Shown here: one piece after another, positions 1 through 7,379 of the stretch
How positions within the stretch are numbered: the first letter of the stretch is position 1
Layout: each line of letters begins with the position of its first letter
Assembly: GCA_966211675.1 (NCBI GenBank)
Contig: CBIHPK010000002.1
Location: 76,245 to 140,244, forward strand
Source of the DNA: an uncultured Myxococcaceae bacterium
Lineage (GTDB): Bacteria; Myxococcota_A; Polyangia; Polyangiales; Ga0077539
DNA: 64,000 bases
Direction: 5' to 3'
Position numbers and translations under genes: made by a program
Notes under the pieces: generated by a model
Databases searched by the model: none
Told to the model about the DNA's origin: nothing
Seen by the model: the letters and a program-made list of their open reading frames with translations, nothing else

Positions 1-1
1 C

Positions 2-1303
2 GGGGCCGCCGACGACGACGCCTGCCTCGCCCGCCAGGGCTTCTCCGCGATGCCCTCGCGCTTCACCATCGGCACCCGGGTGCTCCCGCCGGTCCGCGGC
101 CTCGCCGCGCTCCTGGCCTTCGACATCGCCACCAGCGGGAGCTCCACCTTCGTCCGCGAGCTCGCCCCGACGCCCCCGTGGCAGTTCTACTTCGGCGCCT
201 CCTTCGCGTACGACATCCATCCGCCGGTGCAGCGCGTCGAGGTCCCCGGGCCGGAGCGCGTGACGACCCGCGAGGTCGACCGCACCCCGCCGGGCGGCCA
301 CGTCGTCGGCATGGTCCGCGACGCCGAGAGCCACAACGCCGTGGGCGGCGCCATCGTGAACTTCACGGGCCACCCCGAGCTGCACATCCTCGCGACCGCC
401 ACCGACGGCCGCTTCCGCTCGGGTCACCTCGCCCCGGGCGACTACCGCCTCGCGATCACCGCGCCAGACTACAACGCCGGGGAGTGCGCCTTCACGGTGC
501 CCGCCCCGACGCCCGCGCCCGAGGGCTCGACCGCCCCGGCCGCCAACCCCGACCCGGAGGTCAACGTCAACTGCGAGCTCCGCGCGATGCCCCGCCGCGG
601 CGGCCTCGCCATCCACGTCGTGTCGTCGCAGGGCGGCGCCGGCGTGGCCAACGCCAACGTAGTGCTCACCCCCGCTCCGGGCCTCAACGTCCCGAGCGGC
701 CAGCAGGCGCCGAGCGAGCGCACGCTGACCACCGACGAGCAGGGCCGCGCCACCGCCGACGAGCTGCTCACGGGCCCGTACATGGTGCGCATCGAGTCGA
801 GCGACCGGCACATGGGCTCGACCGCGCAGCAGGCCACCGTGGAGCCCCGCACCAACCGCGCGGTGGAGGTCACCGTCACCCGCCGCCCGGCGCGCCCCTC
901 CGTCGCCATCCGCGGCAACATCCTGTCGATCATGCGCCAGGTGCACTTCCAGACGAACTCCGCGGAGATCCTCCCGGACTCCAACACGCTGCTCGAGGAG
1001 ATCGCCGACACGATCAACCGTCACCCCGAGATCACCGCCGTGGAGATCCAGGGCCACACGGACAACGTCGGCAACCCGGCGAGCAACCTGACGCTCTCGC
1101 AGAGCCGCGCCGAAGCGGTGCGCGACACGCTCATCCGCCTCGGCGTCGCGGCCGACAAGCTCACGGCGCGCGGCTTCGGCCAGACCCGTCCGCTTCGCCC
1201 CAACCTCACCGCGGTCGGCCGCACGGCCAACCGTCGCGTGGAGTTCCACCTGACCCGCACCGGGGCCGCCGCGCCCGCGACGCCCCGCCCCGCGGCCCAC
1301 TGA
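2..1303 (+). CDS. OmpA-family peptidoglycan-associated protein with carboxypeptidase-regulatory-like beta-sandwich repeats (5' end probably outside the window)
   Basis: ORF 50..1303; the same frame is open back to base 2. The C-terminus IQGHTDNVGNPASNLTLSQSRAEAVRDTLIRLGV...NRRVEFHL is the classic OmpA_C/MotB signature. Two upstream segments (VVGMVRDAESHNAVGGAIVNFTG..., GLAIHVVSSQGGAGVANANVVLTP...) look like CarboxypepD_reg folds. Confidence 0.8.
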   Translation, partial: GAADDDACLARQGFSAMPSRFTIGTRVLPPVRGLAALLAFDIATSGSSTFVRELAPTPPWQFYFGASFAYDIHPPVQRVEVPGPERVTTREVDRTPPGGHVVGMVRDAESHNAVGGAIVNFTGHPELHILATATDGRFRSGHLAPGDYRLAITAPDYNAGECAFTVPAPTPAPEGSTAPAANPDPEVNVNCELRAMPRRGGLAIHVVSSQGGAGVANANVVLTPAPGLNVPSGQQAPSERTLTTDEQGRATADELLTGPYMVRIESSDRHMGSTAQQATVEPRTNRAVEVTVTRRPARPSVAIRGNILSIMRQVHFQTNSAEILPDSNTLLEEIADTINRHPEITAVEIQGHTDNVGNPASNLTLSQSRAEAVRDTLIRLGVAADKLTARGFGQTRPLRPNLTAVGRTANRRVEFHLTRTGAAAPATPRPAAH

Positions 1304-2289
1304 TGCGACGCCGCGCGATCGCCCTGGTCGCGCTCAACGTCCTGTCCTGTAGCGCCTCGGTCCCACGCCCTCCCGTCCCGCTCCCTCCCAGCGCCTCGAC
1401 ACCCGACGCGGCGGCCCCGGCCGTCGCGACGCCACCTCCGCCGCCCGACGCGGTCGAGACCGTCGCGGCCGCGCTGCCCGGCCTCGAGCCCTTCGCCGCG
1501 GAGCTCGCTCCGTGGGTCCCCTCCACGGTGCTCGGGGCCGTCCTCCGGGCCACCGGGGAGCTCCCTCTCCCCGGCGCTCCGTCGCGGGAGGACGACCGCG
1601 TCACCTGGAGGCTCCTCCTCCAGTCGGGCGCTTCCTCCTCGGCGGCGGCGACCGTCTGCGCCGCGGTGACCGTCGACCCGCACCTCGCGTGCGCGACCGA
1701 TCGCGTCGAGCACGTCGGTCGGCTGCGCGACCGCATCGTCGTCGCGTGGCGCGAGCCGAGCGCGCCGCTGGTGATCTCCCGCTATCAGCCGCTCCGCGCC
1801 CTCGCGCGGCTGGCCCGCGGCGTGTGCCTCGTCTCCGCGCAGGAGACCGCGCAGACGCTCGACCTCACGGTGCGCGCGGACGGCGCCTCCTCGCTCGGAG
1901 AGACGCTCGCGCTGCTCACCGTGTCGCCCGGGCTGCGGGCGCTGATGACCGTGCGCGTCGAGCCGCAGGGCGACGCGCTCCAGGCGACGCTCACCTGGCC
2001 CTCGACCCGGGCGACCACCAGCGACCTCGGCGACGACCCGTGGCCGCCGCGCTGCAACGGCGCGCTCGACCTCGCCGCCGCGCTACCCCCCGGAACGCTC
2101 CCGGTCGCTCGCTCCTTCGTGGTCGGCGCCCGCTCTCGAGGGGCGGTGCTGACCGCGGGGCGCGCGGCGTGGGTGGTGACCGTGGGCGATCGCATCGCGC
2201 GCTCGACGGTGAGCGCGGTGGACGAGGGCGGCGTGACGCTCCAGCGGCCGGGCGTCGCTCGACCGCTGCGGCTGCGCTGGCGGCCGTAG
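1303..2289 (+). CDS. hypothetical secreted protein or lipoprotein, translationally coupled to the upstream OmpA-family gene
   Basis: ATG at 1303 overlaps the upstream TGA (TGATG). N-terminus MRRRAIALVALNVLSCSAS is signal-peptide/lipobox-like, followed by a Pro-rich linker. GC3-rich frame. No recognisable catalytic motif. Confidence 0.6.
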   Translation: MRRRAIALVALNVLSCSASVPRPPVPLPPSASTPDAAAPAVATPPPPPDAVETVAAALPGLEPFAAELAPWVPSTVLGAVLRATGELPLPGAPSREDDRVTWRLLLQSGASSSAAATVCAAVTVDPHLACATDRVEHVGRLRDRIVVAWREPSAPLVISRYQPLRALARLARGVCLVSAQETAQTLDLTVRADGASSLGETLALLTVSPGLRALMTVRVEPQGDALQATLTWPSTRATTSDLGDDPWPPRCNGALDLAAALPPGTLPVARSFVVGARSRGAVLTAGRAAWVVTVGDRIARSTVSAVDEGGVTLQRPGVARPLRLRWRP

Positions 2290-2296
2290 ACCCGGC

Positions 2297-2325
2297 TTGA
2301 CCCTGCGGTCGCGTCCCGGTACCTG
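2297..2325 (+). promoter_or_regulatory. candidate sigma-70-type promoter upstream of gltX (TTGACC-N17-TACCTG)
   Basis: TTGACC at 2297..2302, a 17-nt spacer, then TACCTG at 2320..2325, 15 nt before the gltX ATG. The -10 match is weak. Confidence 0.25.
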
Positions 2326-2339
2326 ACGAGGCCTTCATC

Positions 2340-3782
2340 ATGGACAAGCCCCGCGTTCGCTTCGCGCCGTCACCGACGGGTTATCTCCACATCGGAGGCG
2401 CCCGCACGGCGCTGTTCAACTGGCTCTGGGCCCGCAAGACCGGCGGCACCTTCGTGCTGCGCATCGAGGACACCGACCAGGAGCGCTCCACCGAGGAGTC
2501 CACCCGGGTGATCATCGACTCGATGCGCTGGCTCGGCCTCGACTGGGACGAGGGCCCCGAGGTGGGCGGCCCCCACGGCCCGTACTTCCAGATGCAGCGG
2601 CTCGCGCTCTACGCCGAGTACGCCAACCGGCTGGTGAGCGAGGGCAAGGCCTACCGCTGCTACGCGACGCGCGAGGAGATCGAGGCGCTGCGCCAGAAGC
2701 TCCCGGAGAAGAAGCGCGACGGCTTCGTGTATCCGCACCTCTGGCGCGACAAGACCGAGGCCGACTGGATCCCCGGCGCGTCCTACGTGATCCGCTTCAA
2801 GACGCCGCTCGCGGGCGCGACGGAGTTCGTCGACAAGGTGTTCGGGTCGATCAAGACGCAGAACAGCGTCATCGACGACTTCGTGATCATGCGCTCCGAC
2901 GGCGTGCCGCTCTACAACTTCGGCGCGGTGGTCGACGACATCACCATGGGCATCACGCTGGTCGCGCGCGGCAGCGACCACATCATCAACACCCCGAAGC
3001 AGATCCTGCTCTACCAGGCGCTCGGCGCGGCGGTGCCGGAGTTCGCGCACCTGCCCATGATGCTCACCCCCGACGGGAAGAAGATGTCCAAGCGGCTGGC
3101 CGAGCAGCAGGGCATCGACGTGCCGGTGGAGCGCTACCGCGAGAAGGGCTGGGTCGCCGACGGGCTGCTCAACTACATCGCGCGCTTCGGCTGGTCCGCG
3201 GGCGACCAGGAGATCTTCTCCCGCGACGAGCTCATCGCGAAGTTCGACTGGGCCCACTGCGGCACCAACGACGGCCGCTATGACAAGAAGAAGTCCCTCT
3301 GGGTGAGCGGCGAGCACCTGAAGCGCCTCACCGACGAGGACTTCGCCGCGAAGGTCCACCCCTTCCTCGCGGGCGCCGGGGTCACCGTGGCGGCCGACGA
3401 CCCGCGGCTGCTCCCCGCGGCGCGCACCGTGAAGACCCGCTCGGCGAGGCTCCTCGACGCCGCCGAGGCGATGGCCTTCTACTTCCAGGACGCGATCACC
3501 CTCGACCCGGCGGCGGCGGAGAAGTTCCTCACCGACGAGGCGAAGGCCAACCTCCGGGCGATGGCCGACGTGCTCGACGCGGTGACCGACTTCACCGACG
3601 CGGGCGTCGGCGCGGCCATCGAGGCCTGGCTCGCCGAGCGCGGCTTCGACATCAAGACCGTCGCCCAGCCGGCGCGCGTGGCGCTCACCGGGCGCACCGC
3701 CTCGCCGGGGCTTTACGAGGTCATCGCGGTGCTCGGGCACGACGTGAGCGTGCGCCGCCTGCGCTCGGCCGCGGGCGCCTGA
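2340..3782 (+). CDS. gltX: glutamate--tRNA ligase
   Basis: 480 aa. N-terminus RFAPSPTGYLHIGGARTALFNWL (HIGH motif) and KMSKR (KMSKS motif); class I GluRS length and layout. Confidence 0.95.
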   Translation: MDKPRVRFAPSPTGYLHIGGARTALFNWLWARKTGGTFVLRIEDTDQERSTEESTRVIIDSMRWLGLDWDEGPEVGGPHGPYFQMQRLALYAEYANRLVSEGKAYRCYATREEIEALRQKLPEKKRDGFVYPHLWRDKTEADWIPGASYVIRFKTPLAGATEFVDKVFGSIKTQNSVIDDFVIMRSDGVPLYNFGAVVDDITMGITLVARGSDHIINTPKQILLYQALGAAVPEFAHLPMMLTPDGKKMSKRLAEQQGIDVPVERYREKGWVADGLLNYIARFGWSAGDQEIFSRDELIAKFDWAHCGTNDGRYDKKKSLWVSGEHLKRLTDEDFAAKVHPFLAGAGVTVAADDPRLLPAARTVKTRSARLLDAAEAMAFYFQDAITLDPAAAEKFLTDEAKANLRAMADVLDAVTDFTDAGVGAAIEAWLAERGFDIKTVAQPARVALTGRTASPGLYEVIAVLGHDVSVRRLRSAAGA

Positions 3783-3795
3783 TCGGACCGGCGCG

Positions 3796-4758
3796 GTGAA
3801 GGTCCTCCTCCTCGTCGCGATCGCCTATGTGCTGATCGTCGCGGTGCTCGCCCGCAAGAGGCTCCCCGAGCTGCACCCGCGGCGCTTCTTCCTCGAGACC
3901 TGGCGCGCAGTCGACCGCGAGGCCGCCGCCGCTCGCGCCCGCCGCGAGGAGCTCGGGCTCGGCTACGACTTCCGCCCGATGGTGGCCTACCTGATCGCCG
4001 CGGTGGTGCTCACCTTCCAGGAGTATTTCGGCGACCGCACCACCTTCAACCTGCTGCTCTCTCGCGGCTGGGTCATCGACTGGGGCGGCGGACCTCGCGG
4101 CCCGGCCACGCACCACCTTCAGCTGATGAAGCCGCTGCGCTGGGCCTCCCCGGCGGGCTACGAGGAGCTCGCGGGCCTCGCGTACTGGTCCTTCACCCGA
4201 TCGTTCGGCTACCTCGTGGTGCCCGCGATCATCCTGCTGCTCTGGCGGCGCGAGCGCTTCCGCGACTACGGCCTGCGCCTCCGCGGCTTCCTCTCGCACG
4301 CGTGGATCTACGCGCTCTTCTTCGGCATCGTGCTGGTCGCCGTGGTGGTCGTCTCGCAGACCGGCGAGTTCGCCAACTACTATCCCTTCTACCGGCTGGC
4401 CAACCGCTCGTGGAAGGACTTCTTCCTCTGGGAGCTGCTCTACGCGACGCAGTTCTTCACGCTGGAGTTCTTCTTCCGCGGCTTCCTGGTGTCCGCCGGG
4501 CGCGAGGCCATGGGCTCCTCGGTGATCCTCGCGATGGTCGTCCCGTACTGCATGATCCACTTCGGCAAGCCGTGGGCGGAGGCGCTCGCGGCCATCCTCG
4601 CCGGGGTCGTCCTGGGCACCCTCGCGCTCAAGACCCGCTCCATCTGGTCGGGCTTCCTCATCCATGTCACCGTGGCCCTCTCCATGGACCTCGCCGCCCT
4701 GCTCCAGACCCGCGGGCTCCCCGGCAACATCCACCTCCCGGCCTCCTGGGGCTGGTAG
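3796..4758 (+). CDS. CPBP-family (CAAX/Abi-type) intramembrane glutamic endopeptidase
   Basis: Polytopic membrane protein. Motif 1 is EFFFRGFL (EExxxR-like). Later conserved His residues occur in MIHFGK and FLIHVTVA. GTG start at 3796. Confidence 0.8.
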   Translation: MKVLLLVAIAYVLIVAVLARKRLPELHPRRFFLETWRAVDREAAAARARREELGLGYDFRPMVAYLIAAVVLTFQEYFGDRTTFNLLLSRGWVIDWGGGPRGPATHHLQLMKPLRWASPAGYEELAGLAYWSFTRSFGYLVVPAIILLLWRRERFRDYGLRLRGFLSHAWIYALFFGIVLVAVVVVSQTGEFANYYPFYRLANRSWKDFFLWELLYATQFFTLEFFFRGFLVSAGREAMGSSVILAMVVPYCMIHFGKPWAEALAAILAGVVLGTLALKTRSIWSGFLIHVTVALSMDLAALLQTRGLPGNIHLPASWGW

Positions 4759-4789
4759 GCAACCCCCTCCGTCGCGGGGGGCGCCCACC

Positions 4790-4880
4790 GCCCAAGACCC
4801 CACCCCACCACCCCCACCCCCCCCCCCCCCGCGGCGGGCGCCACCTCCCAACCCCCCCACCCCCCGGCCCCCCCCCCCAC
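4790..4880. repeat. cluster of long C homopolymers (G-runs on the minus strand)
   Basis: Counted directly: C14 at 4817..4830, C7 at 4852..4858, C6 at 4860..4865, C11 at 4868..4878, plus several C4-C5 runs. The + strand is almost pure C with a few A/G. Confidence 0.95.
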
Positions 4881-6470
4881 CTCCTCCTCGCGCTCGCCCT
4901 CGTCGGCTGCCTCGACCTCCAACCCCCCGCTCCCTCCGTCACCCCTCAGCTCACCAGCCTCCGCGCCAACGCGGCCTCGCTCGACGCCGTGCCTCGCGTC
5001 CCGGAGCTGCAGGTCTCCTTCGACCGCGCGATGGCCCCTCCCGAGGCCTCCTCGGTGATGCTCTTCCGCGAGGCCCTCTCTCCGGCTCTCGTGACCGACG
5101 CTCGCGACGGAGTCGTCTCCCTCGGTCGGCTCGCCAACCGCGTTCCGCTGCGGGTGCAGCGCGACGGAAGCAACCCCGCCCGCTGGCGTCTCCGCACCGA
5201 GGCGGTGCTCCCTCCCTCCATCCCGCTCACCCTCGTCTTCAGCGAGCGCACCCGCTCCGTCGAGGGCCGTCCCCTTACCGACGACGGCGACGGCGGCATG
5301 CGCTCGACCGGCGTCTCGCTCCAGGTCATCGACGCCCCTCGCGCAGGACCGGTGCTCACCCCGGCGCTCCTCGACGCTCCGGTCGACGCGGACGTCGCGC
5401 TGCTCTGGCTGCGCTCCGACCGCCCGGTGCGGGTGCTGCGCCCCGACGGCGTGACCCTCCTCGGCGACGACCACAGCAGCATCGCGACGCGGGTGGAGGC
5501 CGACGAGCGCACCCCCGACGGGGTGACGCGCGTGCTGCGGGTGACGCCCTCCCGCCCGCTGCGCGCCGGGGTGACCTACTCCTGGAGCGTCGCCTCCGTG
5601 GCCTCGCGGAGCGCCCTCGCGGCGGAGGAGTTGCCCTGGTCGATGCTCGTCGCGGCGCCCTCGACCCGCGAGGCGCTGCGGCTGGTCGACGGCGTGGTGT
5701 GCGCGAGCGGCGAGCAGTCGCTGGGAGGAGGCTGCGTCGAGCGGGGCGATCGGGCGCTGGTGGTGCGCGCGGCGACGACGGCAGCCGCGGTGACCCGGCT
5801 GGAGGTGACGAGCGGGGACGTGCGGCGGGTGACCGTCGCTCCGCTGGGGACGACGCACCGGCTGCGGGTGGGGAGCTTGCCCGCGGCGAGCGAGGTGCGC
5901 TGGCGCCTCGAGGCCTGGGACCCGGGAGGGCGCCTTCGGGATGCGCGCGAAGGGACGATCCGCACGGCGGACGCGGCGCCGCGAGTGCGCATCGCGGAGG
6001 TGCTGGCGAGGCCGCACAGCTCCAGCGCCCAGGAGTTTATCGAAGTGGTCAATGAAGAGGACGCCGCGGTGTCGCTGTCGGGCTGGGCGCTGGACTCCGG
6101 CGGGGCGCGCTCGGTGCTGCCCGAGGGGGCGACGGTGGCGGGGCAGGGGCGGGCGGTGATCGTCGGGGCGAGCTTCGACCCGAGGGGCGTGGCGCGCGCC
6201 AACGACCCGGCGGTGGAGGCGGGCGCGAGGGTGATCGTGGTGCGGGGGAGCCTCGCGGGGAGGGGACTTCGGGACACCGGGGCGGAGCTGTCGCTGCTGA
6301 GCGCGGCGGGCCTGGTGGTGAGCCGCTATCCGGGCACCGCGCCCGAACTTCTGCCCCAGGAGGGCGTGAGCGTGGTGCGCGCGGACACGGAACTCGACGA
6401 GGAGGACCCTGCGTCGTGGGTGCGCTCCCGCGACGGGGCCTCGTCCCCGGGCGGCCCCGACGCGCGCTGA
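4881..6470 (+). CDS. secreted or lipoprotein-like protein with a C-terminal lamin-tail (LTD) domain; true start codon unresolved
   Basis: The frame of ORF 4302..6470. LLLALALVGC (Cys codon 4908..4910) looks like a lipobox h-region. The C-terminus RIAEVLARPHSSSAQEFIEVVNEEDAAVSLSGWALD matches the LTD pattern. There is no in-frame ATG/GTG/TTG between 4758 and 4881; the next ATG gives MAPPEASS... without a signal peptide. Confidence 0.6.
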   Translation, partial: LLLALALVGCLDLQPPAPSVTPQLTSLRANAASLDAVPRVPELQVSFDRAMAPPEASSVMLFREALSPALVTDARDGVVSLGRLANRVPLRVQRDGSNPARWRLRTEAVLPPSIPLTLVFSERTRSVEGRPLTDDGDGGMRSTGVSLQVIDAPRAGPVLTPALLDAPVDADVALLWLRSDRPVRVLRPDGVTLLGDDHSSIATRVEADERTPDGVTRVLRVTPSRPLRAGVTYSWSVASVASRSALAAEELPWSMLVAAPSTREALRLVDGVVCASGEQSLGGGCVERGDRALVVRAATTAAAVTRLEVTSGDVRRVTVAPLGTTHRLRVGSLPAASEVRWRLEAWDPGGRLRDAREGTIRTADAAPRVRIAEVLARPHSSSAQEFIEVVNEEDAAVSLSGWALDSGGARSVLPEGATVAGQGRAVIVGASFDPRGVARANDPAVEAGARVIVVRGSLAGRGLRDTGAELSLLSAAGLVVSRYPGTAPELLPQEGVSVVRADTELDEEDPASWVRSRDGASSPGGPDAR

Positions 6471-6477
6471 GGGAGCC

Positions 6478-7242
6478 TCAGGGACAGTAGGACTGGCCGC
6501 GGAAGGGGTTGGGGCGGCAGGCGCGGGTGCCGCCGGTGATCCAACGGCTGAAGACCTCGGCGTAGTTGGTCGGGTGCCCCGGCGCCCAGATGCCGCGGTG
6601 GTTGGCGCGGGCCTCGGCCTCGGCGTTGAGCAGCGCGCTGTGGATGGGCTCCGGGGCGCAGCCGAAGTCGGTGTAGTAGGCGCTGAGGCCCTCGCGCACG
6701 AGGCGCTCCTGGAAGAGCTGGCCGTCGACGAAGACCAGGCCGAGCGTGCGGCCGTAGGGGTCGAGGTTGGGCATCGTGGGCATGCGCTGGTCGGCCTGGC
6801 GCACCACCACGAAGTCGTGGCCCGCGCCGAGGTAGCCCGTGACGACGGCGGCCGTCTGGACGCCGAAGGCCGTGTTGTCCGCGGGGTTCTGCGCGTGCGA
6901 CTCCTCGGTGTTCACCCAGAGGAAGCGCACCGTGTTCTCGCCGATGATGGCGAAGCTGAAGTGCGCGGTGTCGCCGTCGACGGTGCGGATGTAACGGACC
7001 ATCGACGGCGCCAGGAAGCCGCTCGGGACGTCCGCGACGGTGATCGGCCGGGGCGTCGGGCAGCCGCTGTCGAGCACCGGGGGACCGCGGTCGACCGCGG
7101 CGGGGACGTCCATGGGAGAGCCCGCGTCGGGCACCGCTCCGGCGTCGAAGACCCCGGTGCCAGGATTGACGGTGTCGCCGCACCCGGCGAGGGCGAGCGC
7201 GGGGGCGAGGAGCGAAGCACAGAGACGTAGGGAGAAGCGCAT
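6478..7242 (-). CDS. thermonuclease (staphylococcal-nuclease-like) lipoprotein
   Basis: Internal start MRFSLRLCASLLAPALALAGCGD (lipobox). SNase-like motifs VRYIRTVDGDTAHF, VRFLWVNTEE and DPYGRTLGLVFVDGQLFQERLVREGLS. Confidence 0.8.
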   Translation of the reverse strand: MRFSLRLCASLLAPALALAGCGDTVNPGTGVFDAGAVPDAGSPMDVPAAVDRGPPVLDSGCPTPRPITVADVPSGFLAPSMVRYIRTVDGDTAHFSFAIIGENTVRFLWVNTEESHAQNPADNTAFGVQTAAVVTGYLGAGHDFVVVRQADQRMPTMPNLDPYGRTLGLVFVDGQLFQERLVREGLSAYYTDFGCAPEPIHSALLNAEAEARANHRGIWAPGHPTNYAEVFSRWITGGTRACRPNPFRGQSYCP

Positions 7243-7379
7243 GGGTGGAGGAGGGGGGTCGAGTATCTCCCCCGGTGGGGTCCACACAAGCCCGCGTCGG
7301 GGATTGGACAGGAAATGACCGCATCGGTGATCCCTCCGGAGCGCCGGATGTGGCAACAATCACGGTGGCTTCACCGGCG

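Noticed and set aside
2370-3740. Long antisense ORFs opposite recognised genes: 2370..3740(-) versus gltX, 7371..10043(-) versus recD2, 10910..13315(+) versus pccB, 12924..15257(+), 21532..24984(+) and 21539..24388(+) versus the Cys-repeat genes, 40210..44007(+), 55778..58645(+) versus pilS/pilC, 59613..61568(+) versus pilB.
   Set aside because: Stop codons are rare in every frame at this GC content. Their translations are Arg/Gly/Ala/Pro/His-rich low complexity with no motifs. The opposite-strand frames carry unambiguous family signatures and GC3-saturated codons.
3796-4758. CPBP-family protease as a possible myxosortase-type sorting enzyme with a substrate encoded nearby.
   Set aside because: None of the proteins I translated in the window ends in a MYXO-CTERM-like tail (a Cys-containing motif plus a hydrophobic helix plus an Arg cluster). 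There is no local evidence for a sortase/substrate pair.
4302-4880. Using ATG 4302 as the start of the LTD lipoprotein ORF (722 aa).
   Set aside because: It would overlap the CPBP protease gene by ~450 nt in another frame, and the encoded stretch is Arg/Pro/Gly junk. The start remains unresolved (see the poly-C finding) rather than being placed at 4302.
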